Translations under genes and position numbers: made by a program
Part shown: one piece after another, positions 23,497 to 36,268 of the stretch
Numbering within the stretch: position 1 is the stretch's first letter
Layout: each line of letters begins with the position of its first letter
The notes under the pieces: generated by a model
What the model saw: the letters and a program-made list of their open reading frames with translations, nothing else
Database searches by the model: none
Told to the model about the DNA's origin: nothing
Origin: Octopus sinensis
Taxonomy: Eukaryota
DNA: 64,000 nucleotides
Reading direction: 5' to 3'
Assembly (NCBI RefSeq): GCF_006345805.1
Contig: NC_042997.1
Location: 162,936,001 to 163,000,000 of the forward strand

Positions 23497-26400
23497 TAAG
23501 GTGATAGACTGAGTCGAACACATCTTAATGAGAAAAGGGAGAATGAACGTTATCAATCAAGGTGCAAGCAAAGCTTTGTGATTAAGAAGCTCACTTTGCA
23601 AGTACATGGCTTGATGTTCAGTACTACCGCGAGGCAAACTGGACAAATGTCCTCTACTATAGACCCACAAAAACCGTTAGATTCAATTCAACATTTAAAT
23701 TTAATTTGCCAAAATATTTTCGGCGCTTTGAAACCGCGGCCTGTTCACTGACAGCACGGAATTTCGTCAGTGAACATGTCGCGGTCTCAAAGCAACAAAA
23801 TGTTTTGGCAAATTAAATTTCAAACTTTGTAGTGTGAAATGCTACAACACAATTCCAAACCTGTTAATAGTTAAGTGTACTTTGGGAAGAGACTTCAGAG
23901 CCGGTAAAAAAGGTAAACATTCAAAGTATAAAGATATAGAGCAAGAGGCAGGACTCTAGAATATAATCACTTGTGTGGTTTTATATTTTTAAACCTGATC
24001 AGCACAGATTTTGACTCTACAACAGAGAACAATTATTGGCAATTGTTCATTTTATCTGACCAACGTAGGATAAAATACGAAATTATATCCAACTGCTGTC
24101 AGTACTAGTTCAGCTGCTTCTATATCAAAAGTGGGGGCACTTCATCATGGTAAAATGCAGGGGGAAAATCCAAGGACAAAACTGAAAGTCAAATTTCCTT
24201 TCTAAGATATCAACACAAGAGCTGGATCCGTTTATAGAGCTACTCAAGTGTTCCACTTATTACTCGTTTAGTGATTCAAGTGTTCCACTCAAGTATTTAT
24301 ATAACTGAAACCAAGTCCAAATCTTCCTTGTAAATCTGCAATATCTGTAATACACTAGGAACGATTTCATCAACTATTCATGTTGCTTGATAAATATATG
24401 CCTTATGAACTCATTCTTAAATCACAGCTGTTATTTCTATGGATTTTTCAAGAAGTAAAATTCACAAATGAAATGCAAACTTAGACAATAGATTTTTGTA
24501 ACTGGACCTGATTTTTTTTTTTTTTTCACCTTTTCTTTTTCGATATAAAAATATCCAAATATAAATAACAGGTAATTCTTTCTAAAGAGATGACAGTCTG
24601 TTGAAACTGATAATACTACTATTGGTTTCCTTTTTATAACCAGCCTAGAAAAGAAATTACTAACTCCAAATGCTTTGAGGAATATTGCCAGAAATATGGC
24701 ACAAACAAATGCAAGCCACAGTCTTTAGCAACACAAATGCTAATCATATTACAAATACAAGATGGTAAGAAACACTAGAATATATTCAGCTCTGACTTAA
24801 ATTTGAAAGGAAAGCACTCCAAGTTTCAAACTTCTTAGCTAACTTATCCATAGTATAAAGGCAAGTCTGTCCCATCTAAATATTTTTAAAAAAATGAAAT
24901 ATAAAAAGTTATGATTGTTTATAAGATGCTACTTATTAAATGGCTTAGTTTGTTTCAATTATGATATTCAGGGAACATCTGAGATTAATTCCTTAACATA
25001 AATATCTGGAAATAAACCTTACAGTTATAAAATATTGTATAAATCAACTTTGAAATTCTTCACAAACAGTTTTTAAACATAAATTCATAGGTTTTCTTTT
25101 TTTAAATTAAAGTTGCTTAGTAAGGCCAAAGTTATAACTTAAAATATCCTGTGTGTTTTTCAGTCAAATACTTAGCATGCTTCATGAGAAATTATTGCAA
25201 ACTTCTTTCGAAAGCAATATCCAACAGTTAAATGTGAACTTAGTTTCAGTAAACCTGAAAAATTAACTCTTTCTTTATGCAAATAAATCTTTATATCAAA
25301 GACCATCTATGAAGAATTGCATAGAAAATATGACAACTAGTCAGATCTAAAGTTGTTTTTGTTGTTGCAAGTAAAAAGGAAAAACACCAGGGTTCATTTT
25401 ATGAAGAAAAAAAATTGAGAAAAATCTTTATTTTACTCATTGAAAACATTGATCACAAGCCTATAGAGTCGGTTTCCTGTGCTGTTAACAGCAGTAAAGC
25501 ATCATACGGTGACCAAGGGCAACTTCCCAGACAAGGCTGCAAGTTTACTGCCATCCCCTTTGAGCCACACAGAAGCAGTAGGAAGGGAAATGGTTTCAGA
25601 GCAGTAGATATATAATGACATAAGAAAGAAATAAGTTCGAAGACATCTTTCTGGTGCTACACAGAATCAATGAAGTTGGTGCCTTTAGTTTTAAAATCAA
25701 ATGAGAACACATTTCAAACAAAGCACTTGCAGACAAGCAACATGGAGTACAAATGAGAACAATTTTGGTTTTTGCTGCAGCTATTTGTAAAGTCAAAGAA
25801 AGCATTTGCTCACAATAGATGGTATTTTTAATTGCCAATCTAATAAAATGTCTCACTGATAGACCTGCTTGTCAGAATAGCATGTGCAGAGACAAATGGT
25901 ATCATTTGCAGTTTTGTTGAAATAATGGAAGACAATTATAAGCAAATACAGTCAAGTCCATCACACAACTAACCTGCCATTTCACAGCCCATACACATGT
26001 TTATCTAATTTTTTTATTTACCTATTTTTGAAATAGATTTTTTTTTCCTGCTCAGTTCATGTGTGATGCTTTTCTCAGTTAGTGATTCCAAGAGACATGC
26101 AACAACAAAAAAGCAAGTCGTATTCAACAAATAGGATAACACAAAACAAATTACATTAGTGGAAAGAAAAGCTTCACATAAGCTATTATGTCAAACCATA
26201 TACAAGAATTATTTCATATTTACATGAAGAAAATGTAGTAGCTACCTTTTAACCTTTTGTTTTGCCATTGCCTAAATGAATCGAGTTATACATATACCGA
26301 GAACCTTTCAGAACTATAGATCCCCTTTTCAGCTTGATAAACTGATTTTCTTTAACTTTGATTTCAATCTCTGAGTAAACCTAAATGAAACCTAACATTT

Positions 26401-29400
26401 ATATCTAAGTTGTCCAATAAGTCCTTCTTGTTGCATTATTTTATATACTGAAAAAGCTATAGAGAAGCTAAATATGTAAGAGAAATACTGAGTTGACTTT
26501 TAGTTAAGATTATTTAATACTGAAATATCTTAGCTGCCATGATAACAAATCATCTACACAATGTCTGTATCATAAATGTTATAATCATCTTGTAGATTCC
26601 TGATAACTAGACTACCATAATGTCAAACTGATGCATAGCATCAACATTGAAAGAAATTTTTAAACCACAATAAATTAATCATTAAACCTAAGATGATAGT
26701 TAATCAAACAAAATAAATGCTGTAAGAAATTAATCAACTATTACTACTGTATGTCTTTTGTTGGTTAGTCTATTTTAGGAGTTGGTTGAATGCTAATTCA
26801 TTCAAAATAAATTTTGAGAACTATAATAAAAAATATAGAGACCTGAGATTTAAAAAAAAAAATTCTTTTTCTCTTTCAAAACATTAAATTTCAAATGACA
26901 TAAAAATATCATTAGTAAAAAAAAATAATATTCAAGGTATATAATTTCTATGTTAGTGTGTATGTATACACACATGAGATGAGTGCAAATGTGTGTATGA
27001 ATAAGAACATTTCTTCCAAATTCAACAAGATGACTGTAACATTGACGTTACTCTGTGGAGCACATTGAATTATCTGTTGTAAATTGCTGATGTTGCACCA
27101 GCCTGTCACATTAGTGTGCACAACTAAATACTATCAACAGCAAAATTTCCAATGATACCAGATGTCTACGTTATCAAACTCATCAGCAGCTGGCTAAGCA
27201 AAATCACCATGGCAGTTCTTGCATTGGTGGTGTCATTCATAGCGTCATTCTTGCAGAATTCATCGCATTTCAAATGTCAAGCCAAGAAAAGCAGCCAACA
27301 GCTAACAGTAATAGTCTGTTCTGAGGAAAACAGAAAATAAGAATCATCAAAGATAGAAACTGAATTCCTCATACAGATTTAAGGATATCGGTTTTTTTTA
27401 TTATTATTCTCTCTGCAAGATTTTCTTCTAAATATTTATGAATTTTATTTGAACAATGTGTCTGCAACTGTTTCACAGTGTTCTCTGAATGATACCCCCA
27501 ATAACTGGTCAGTAATGAAAATGAGTGTAGCCTAGTAGACAGCACAACAACTATGTGATGCTGTCTTCACTTTTACAGTCATTTCCTACGACAATAAACT
27601 TAAAAAATGCTTTGTTGGGTTGTTGTGTGTTTTTTTTATTATTACTTGCTCCTTTAATATTGAATAGCGTGAGTAACATTGTCTCAGCAACAATCAATCG
27701 TGTTACTTAAGGAATAATGTTTTCAGATGCATACACACACACACGTGTTATCACCGACCTTGATGTGATAGAGTTTTAAATGCGTGAATTAAACTGAAAT
27801 CCTTATGGATAACATTCAATATTGCAGTCAATGACGATAATGGTTGGGAAACAGCAGAACCTGAAGAAACTAGTGATGGTTATTGCCAGCAAATAGTAAG
27901 TACAAGAAATTCAGCAACTAGAATATATCAGATTGCTGTGAGGAAAAATAGAATAACGTTTCAGGTAGGATCCTTCATCGGAGAAAAATGAAAGATTTTC
28001 AGAAAACATTTTATTTTTCTCCAGCAAAACATTCTGACCAAAATGTTATGAGTTATGTTCTACACAGCAAACTAAGTTATTCTGTTTCGTGAACTTCTAC
28101 AGTAATGATTGGATTATCTCCCTTAAACAAATTTGACGCGCTCCCTTTTAGTTTGATGAAACAAAGTTCAGTAAGATTGCTTTTGGACATTTTCAAATTA
28201 AGCTAGTCGTTTTAGAAGGTGTATAAATAGAGTAATAAAATTTGCAAGATTCTGCAAGTAAAAGAGCAATAGATCGAACATCAGAGATTGCAACTAAACA
28301 TCTAAGTATCCTTTAAGATGACAGATAGAATAAGCAATAAGATATATGAGGACTAGCAAATGAATTTAGATGCTACAACTGGTTGTGTCAGGATTATAGT
28401 AACAAATGGCGCTCAAAGAATAAATGTCATTAAGAGATTCTACAGCACAATACACATATTAGTGACTGTTTTAATGGAACCATTAAACGCTACATTAACA
28501 ATTGTTAGGGTAAGTGGTGTTGCATATAATTATGTAAGGTATATTTTAAAAAGTGTGATAACTGAATAAATTATTAACCCAACAGCATTGCTATCCTATT
28601 AGTCTATCAATAAATCTGAATGTTATAATTCCTTATACAGCTTATATTCTCTTTTATCTCTTATGAATATAATGATGAGACCTAACACATACTTTGAAAG
28701 TATTTCATAATGAATGGAGATAAATGGCTAAGTCTGAATAACCAACTGACCTACTGTAAGAAAAATGACCTAATCAAGTTCTCAAATTTGAATAAATCTG
28801 TATGCCATGGTGAAACAAGGGGAACACTGTTTCAACAAAGCTCTTCAGGTGAGAGAAAAAATGTAAATGTTTAAGATAGATGAGAAAATTGTCTCAAGGA
28901 TATCTTAAATATCTAAATTTATTTTTCTCTCCAAGGAAACAGTTTTCTCAAAACCTCAGTACTTCTTGTGCTTTCCCCGTAGCATACAGATTTGCCCAAA
29001 CTAGCAAACTCTACCCGATAAGAGTCATAGATAAATGAAAATCTCACTATCAGACTCAGATGTTATTTGTTATAATTTTAAAAGTTATTTTTCATTAACC
29101 AAAGACTTGCAGTTAAGTAAGTGATGACTTAAAAGAGAAATTATATGCTTTTTGAGAGAGAATATATTAAAGATGGATTTAAGCTAAAAGTGCACAGTGA
29201 GTATGGCAACAAGAGATACAAAAACAAAACAAATATGGCAACAGAAGATGCAAACAAAAGACATAGCAAAAGGTGCAGACTATTTAGAATAGAAGATACA
29301 AAGGGCAAATATTAACACAATATATAATCTGCAAGGTTTTAGAATAGCTGTGATCTGAAGAGTCCTTAGAAAATAATTGCTTTATGGACAATGCTTAATT

Positions 29401-30933
29401 TATATTGTTCTTTTTATGGTGTTATTAATGGGGGGAAATATTAGATTTGTGCAGGCAAATTTATATGTAATGTTTCAAAAATTGTAAACTACCCTTAGAG
29501 AAACACAAACAATAAGATTATTATTACATTTGTAAAGAGAAACACACGAACTAACAGTTACAGCAGAAACTGAGCAATTATTAAGAACATCTGGATGTGG
29601 AATGGAATTAAGAAATTTATATATGGATTTATTTGTTATAAGCTATAAATCTCTTAACATTACATAAAATAGATTTCTTGGGCTAACAACACTCTTTTAT
29701 GATAGTCGAATTCAAAGACTACTTTATGAGCAATTCACTCATGAGTTTAGAAAACTTTCAAATGAGTCGCTACCAGTAAGTTCACTTAAACTTTGTTTAG
29801 AATTTGGGTTTTAAGAATTCTGCAATAATGGCTCATGACAATCTTATGCAAACATTATGTAAATGAGATATAATACCATTTAACCAGATTCTCACAGCTC
29901 AAAAGAAGCATACTATTAACTAATTAATCACATTGCTTCTTGTTAATCATACTACTAGAAAAATACTTAATGTAGAATTATCCTGCCCTGATGCAATACC
30001 AACAAATTTAGAATGTAATCTACAAATGTCAAAATAAGTTCATCAGAAATTACCCAACAGATCTTCCTTAGTGCTCATTTAGTAATTAATTCTCGTATAT
30101 TTTTATTAATTTACTTATATTATGAATTTAAAATCTGTTTAAACTTTCTTAAAAATTGATGATCTCGGAGAAGGGAAAACACTGAAATGCTTATACCATC
30201 AAAAATTATTTTGAATTTGCTTTAAATTTTGATAATTTTTATTTGAAAATAATGAGGCCTAAATAATGAGGAGTTCCAAATAATAAAACAAATGAATTTT
30301 TAGTAATAATAAATAATAATAATAATAATGCGATTAGTTTAAACTTTACTTTGAAATAAATGGTTGGAAGTATACCTCCTTATAAGTCAAATTATTTAAA
30401 TTTTGTTTATTTTACAATAGCTAAACGCTGTATAACCTCATCTCTTAGAATTTCATACAAAATAAAAGGCATATGTTGTTTATACCTATAGCTACAGTGA
30501 AAATACCATCTTCAAAGGAAATTTAATGTCATAAGCCGTATCATCATGAAGACGTCTTTTTCGAGGTTTGTTTAGGTTTCTTGTTTAGCTTCTTTTTTTT
30601 TTTTATTTTAAAGAGAATCTTCCAGGAATTTTTTTCGCTCCGATACTATTTTGAGAAATCAGATTGATAAACTAAAATTGATTTCAAGACAATAAGGAGC
30701 ACAACACCAACAAACAAACAAACAAACAAACAAAAAAAGAAAAACAATGAAAGAAAATACAAACAAGAAGAAATCAATTGAGCAGACATCAATTACACAT
30801 CGAAGCAGCTGCATATAGAAATGAAATAAATATCAACATCTAAACAGAAAGACACACACTACATATGAAACAATGAAATGACAGGTTCTTCGATTCTTTA
30901 GTAGCAGAGGCCGGATTTCCTGGTACGTTTCGA

Positions 30934-30971
<38 letters not shown>

Positions 30972-32372
30972 GCACAAAATCAAACACTGAACGGCAATAC
31001 ACGAAGGACAACAACAGCATCATCAATAGTATAGTCATATTGCAGCAGCCAATATCTACGTTGCATAGCACAAACCGGATGCAGGCACTGTAGAAATACC
31101 GGAAACAGCTCAACGTTTCATCTCACTGGGGTTTTTTTCTCTTTTTTTTTTTAACCTTTTTGTTTCAAGAGAGGCAACTCTCACTGAAATTTCGTTATCG
31201 TCAAATAAAAGTTTCAGCCTGATTTTTTCTTTTTTTTTTACTTTTTTTTTTTATCTTTTCTTTCTCAAACAATTCCAGACAAACCAATAACTCAATTACA
31301 GCCATCAAACACCAGTCCATACATAACCTTAACATCATATATGCATGCGTACGCGCGTGTGTGTGTGTGTATGAATGAATGAACATATCCACACGCACAC
31401 GCGCGCGCGCGGTCAAACAAATATGTATATATATTCACGTATGCATACACGTATGTAAGTCAATATTTTATTCTTGTCTTTTTTTTTTATTAAGAAATTA
31501 AAGAGAAATGAAAAAATAAAGGAAACAAGGCAGCTTTAAATATTCTTCATGGGAAGAACTCTAATAACTGGGACTAGGCAGCAGCAGTAGTAGCAGCAGT
31601 AGTAGTAGTAATAATAATAATATTGATAGTGACAATGGTAAAAGTAAGTTACTTTTACCATTTCCAAATCATAGACTGAGGCACCTGGACCAGCATGATC
31701 CTTTGGTGCTCCCAGACTACTCATCTTTGGCTCACTAACAATTTTCAAAAGAAACCACTGAGTTTGGTAGTGTAGAGGTATGGGAGGGAGGGCCTCTGTC
31801 CTTCAGGAGTGCAATCATCCAAGTATATCTATCCTTTCCTGCTCACCTGTCTCACCTTTCCAACACGTTTGTTTTGCTTTGATTAATTTTCTTTATTTTA
31901 TGCATGTTTGACTTTCTTTTCTTCAGTATAATACATTTTTTGTCTGTCTATTGTTGCCTGAAATTTTTAAGTTACATAACAGAGATTTGAAGACTGACAG
32001 AGAGGTAAGGCAGGTAGCAAGGTCAAGTACTGTATTAGTGGTCACAATGCATATCATGCAGTCTGCTTCAGTTTATTTACGAATACATCCACTCAATCAC
32101 GTCACATCTACACACATTACAGTCACACGTACTTACAACTAACACCCATACACTCATATATGCCACAAACATCATTGGCGCACTTACAAACATAAAGCAT
32201 CAACAACCACAGGCACACAGCATCGATACACTTATCAACACATACAGTAGCAGCAGCATGATTAAGATCGTTGTCAAGATATCAGTTTATCCTGCAGGAA
32301 CATAGGTAAGGACTTCCACAAAGTTACCAAATGGTCTCTGCTACTCACACCAGAAGGAATGTCATTTCTTCT

Positions 32373-32402
32373 TCAATCAAATGACATAAGGTTAACTGGC
32401 GT
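32373..32402 (-). CDS. RALGPS: RalGPS terminal coding exon: TPVNLMSFD*
   Basis: Acceptor tatttcttccag; phase 0; TGA at 32373-32375. Matches the RalGPS C-terminus PxNLM(S/T)F(E/D). Confidence 0.93.
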   Translation of the reverse strand, partial: TPVNLMSFD

Positions 32403-32589
32403 CTGGAAGAAATACAAAATAAATTTTTCTTTCAGAAAGTAGTTTCAATATACAAGTAGAAATTGTTATACAAAAACATTTTACAGAATAAAATCAAAAT
32501 AAAAATCAAAGACACAAACCCCACTTATGAAGACCTGTTGAGGCAAGTGAAAATCCAAATGAAAATCGAAATCTCTCAACATCAATGGA

Positions 32590-32930
32590 AATTGTAGCTG
32601 AGATACCAGTGCCGGTGGCACGTAAGAGAACCATCCGAACGTGGCCTTTGCCAGTGCCGCCCCGACTGGCCTCCATGCCGGTGGCACGTAAAAAGCACCA
32701 TCCGATTGTGGCCATTGCCAGCCCCGTCTGGCACCTGTGCAGGTGGCACATAAAAAGCACCCACTACACTCTCAGAGTGGTTGGCGTTAGGAAGGGCATC
32801 CAGCTGTAGAAACACTGCCAGATCAGACTCTGGCCTGGTGCAGCCTCCTGGCTTCCCAGACCCCAGTTGAACCGTCCAACCCATACTAGCATGGAAAACG
32901 GACGTTAAACGATGATGATGATGATGATGA
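32590..32930 (+). mobile_element. Retroposon 3' module with GTGCCGGTGGCACGTAAAAAGCACC subrepeats and (GAT)n tail (RTE-like tail, family not assigned)
   Basis: Three subrepeats, GGTTGGCGTTAGGAAGGGCATCCAGCTGTAGAAA block, ends GGACGTTAAACGATGATGATG. Inverted copy at 45085-45420. Confidence 0.8.
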
Positions 32931-32973
32931 AAGGCTAAATGGGAAAGTGTTAAACAGAAAATATAGCATGTAT

Positions 32974-33197
32974 ATCCACCTTTCATATTCAAATTACTCC
33001 GTCAAATGTAATAATTATTTTCATTGTTTCGAATTAATTATGCGTTATGTTGTAGTTTAGAGATTTCAATGATGAGATGGTTTAGCTTTAGAATGACATT
33101 GTAGGGTTAGTGTGAGAGGTTGGACCTGGCCACTTTCAACATAAAACAGGTTAAATATTTTGGCCAGACATGGCTGGTTTAAATGCTAAAGGGTTAA
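32974..33197. mobile_element. piggyBac-like MITE (about 225 bp)
   Basis: Ends AATGCTAAAGGG|TTAA; homologous copy at 60343-60563. Confidence 0.7.
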
Positions 33198-34835
33198 ACA
33201 CTGCATTGATGGTTACAAACCCAAAAACGGGTTATCACATTTGAATATTACCATAATTACAAACAAGAAACCTCATAGCTCTCCATCAAGGTATGAGTAA
33301 ACTTTATTCCAAATTTCAAAAGATTAGATTCATTGCAGTCAAAAGAATATTTATCTATTCATTTTGAATGAATCATTGAAAAAAAGTTTCACAAAGCATC
33401 ATGATATAATTAAAACAGAGTTGATTACTTTTGAAATATAATTTTACTTATATCTTTGAGAATACTGAACTTAGGTTCCAAATAATGTTTATAAGTTAAT
33501 GTTGTAAACACTCCAGATTTATATGACTGAAATATTGAGATGTATTCATAACTACTTTTCAAGCGCACTTCACAACTTTGAATAGACACTGTAGAGTTAT
33601 GTCATCCTCAGCCTTATCAAAGTATTTGATTATCAATTCTTTAGTGGAGATAAATTCACATGTCAATCACTAAACTAGCAGTTGCTTGACCTGTTAGAAA
33701 TAGCAGCCAAATTTCTTAATCATTCTCTAACATTTTAAAAGGGGAAGAATTCAATGGACAATGTGGTCCTTTTTATACAAAAGATAATGTCATGGCTGGA
33801 ATGCTCTGATCAGAGCTGCTCAAGAGCTAAACAACAATAATTGCAGCATTTTTAAGAGCAAAGTAGAAAATAAATTTTAACCTTTTTAGATGGGAAAGGA
33901 GACCTATCCATTTAAAATCTCATTGCTCTTAACTATAAAAAGCAGTTTTACACACCAATCTGTTTCGTTGAGGAATGTCATGTTTGAAACTATTTTCAGT
34001 TGAGATATGTCAAGTCCACTGAGGCAACATGACTACCAGTTCTATTTCAAGAAGATATTAACTGGGATAGCCATGAAACTCAATTCCCAGTGAAGGGATT
34101 AATTATGCAATATTACTTCCATTATGCAGTTATAATGGCCTCAGCTTGCAAAACTAGCTGATTTCATGCCACCTCTATTCAAACACACCCAACTCTCCTC
34201 TTTTTATTACTCATGTTGTGTCCAATGTTTCCTTTAGCCCCAAGCTAATCACTATGCTTAGTCTTCTCTCTTCAGAATACTCTCTCCTAGCTCAGGTCTT
34301 TCCAGCAACTTATTTTAAGCTGAATGTTAACAGAACCTATATTACAAGCCTTAAAAGGCCTGTGAAGGTCATAGTCATTGCATCTTTTCAGACAAATCAC
34401 ACAGAAAAATATTTCAAAACAGTCTTTAGATGAAATATAACCACTAATTATTTCTTAGAAAAGTAACAGTGTTTGTAATTTTTCAATAATTATAATTTAG
34501 AAGATAAAAGTTCATAAGATTGACTTGAAAAACACATCTAAAGTCAGTATATTTTTCATGAAGCTTCTTGTTAAATAAAGAGAAACCACTTTGTGTAACA
34601 ATGCCATCTATATCTTCTATGAAACCTCTATGTCATGTTTCTATTACACTAGAAATAGCAGCTAAATTTTCCTCAAACTAATTGCTGTCTCAAAAGATAA
34701 AGAATACACTATACAATGTGGTCTGGTAAATAAGATGAAATGGAAGAAATGCCTTGCACCATAGCTCTTCACATTTAAACAAATTTAAGGGTCAGCCATG
34801 AATACAAAAATTTGATATTCAATATAATAGATATA

Positions 34836-36052
34836 CAGTTGCAGCCAAAATGTTCAGAAAAGTAGGTATAATTTTTTATCTAAGTTGTTTTATATTCTAT
34901 AATTTTCACAGACAATAAATACAATATTATTTGTTATTGTCTGAGATTTTGGTGTAATTTGAGAGGGTAATACAAAAGTTATGGATGATTTAGTGATTTA
35001 CTGCAAAACCCATGGCGGCCAAAATGATCAGAACGGTTGCTTTTACTCCGTGTTTTAGTATATTTAACCAGTGAACTCGAATGATTTGAATTTGTTTACC
35101 TGAAGTTTACTAAACATTAGTAAGAGTATATGCAGTGTACTTTGTTAATATAATGCCACTTACTCCATTACCAATTCATCAGCAGATTATTAAGCTTCGA
35201 AAGAAGGATAATTTAAGTATTGGGTCTATTGCAAAGATTGTTAACAAGTCAAAAAGTGTTGGTCACAGTATTCTTAAGGTCTACGATGATAGTGATTCGT
35301 GTGAAGTAAGAAAGTCTACAGGTAGGCCAAGAAAAACGACCAAGAGAGAAGATCGTGCTACGATAAAGTTGGTTAAAAAGGACAGATTTAAAACTGCTGC
35401 TGCTGTTTCTTGGGAAATGAGCAGTGTACAGAAGAAAACTTTATCTCGAAAAACTGTGTTTCGTCATTTAGTTCAACATGACCTACAAGCAAGAGCACCT
35501 GCAGTGAAGCCACTAATCAGCTCCAAGAATAAAAAGTGTCGTCTTACCTTTGCAACCGAACACGTGTTGTGGTCTCAAGAAAAATGGCAAAAGGTGCATT
35601 TCAGTGATGAATCTAAGTTTATGTTATTTGGCTCAGATGGGAAAAGGTACGTTTGTTGAAAAGTAGGTGAAAAATTGTCACCTAAATGCCTTAAGACTAG
35701 TGTTAAATTCGGTGGAGGAAGTGTCATGCAGTCGAAGATGTCAAAGTGTGATTGAAGCTAAAGGGCTTCACACTAAATATTAAATAATTCCAGTATTCTC
35801 TGTCATATTTTATTATTTTGTTATTTTTTCAACCGTTCTGATCATTTTGGCCGCCATGGGTTTTGCAGTAAATCACTAAATCATTCATAACTTTTGTATT
35901 ATCCTCTCAAATTACACCAAAATCCAAGGCAATAACAATTAATATCGTATTTATTGTCTGTGAAAATTATAGAATATAAAACAACTTTGATAAAACTTAT
36001 ACCTACTTTTCTGACGAAAACAATGCCGTTCTGAACATTTTGGCCGCAACTG
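34836..36052 (+). mobile_element. Tc1-family transposon (1217 bp), IR/DR-type TIRs, internally deleted transposase
   Basis: TA TSDs at 34834-35 and 36053-54. TIRs of about 205-220 bp each carry two GCCAAAATG(T/A)TCAGAA repeats. ORF 35153-35659 has HTH, GRPRK and FSDESKF. GGGSVM is joined directly to the C-terminal CQSVIEAKGLHTKY*. Confidence 0.96.
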
Positions 36053-36176
36053 TAAATATACTTTCATGTTACTTAATATTATAAGATATAATAAAGAGAA
36101 CAGAATAAATATAACAGATATTTAACAAAGTCACTGAATAAACTCAAGTTTTTCTTAGAGATATATATTCACTTAC

Positions 36177-36268
36177 CCTTGGCTGAGAATGTTTGATAGC
36201 TTCTTCAAGATGTTGACACCAGACCAATGCCTCAGCTTGCGATCCACTTCGTAATTTGTAAACATTTC
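36177..36268 (-). CDS. RALGPS: RalGPS exon, PH C-terminal helix: NVYKLRSGSQAEALVWCQHLEEAIKHSQPR
   Basis: Acceptor ttgaacag, donor gtaagt; phase 1 to 0; 92 nt. Resembles GNVYKFQxGS...W.KHL of RalGPS1. Confidence 0.94.

Noticed and set aside
25415-25860. Short ORFs on both strands in the repeat-poor region
   Set aside because: No domain similarity, no phase-consistent exon chain, and lengths expected by chance.
32343-36268. Alternative frame across the last two exons (EMFTNYEVDRK...GRQLTLCHLIEEEMTFLLV*)
   Set aside because: Open by chance over short exons. It is incompatible with the phase-1 upstream exon, and the other frame matches RalGPS.
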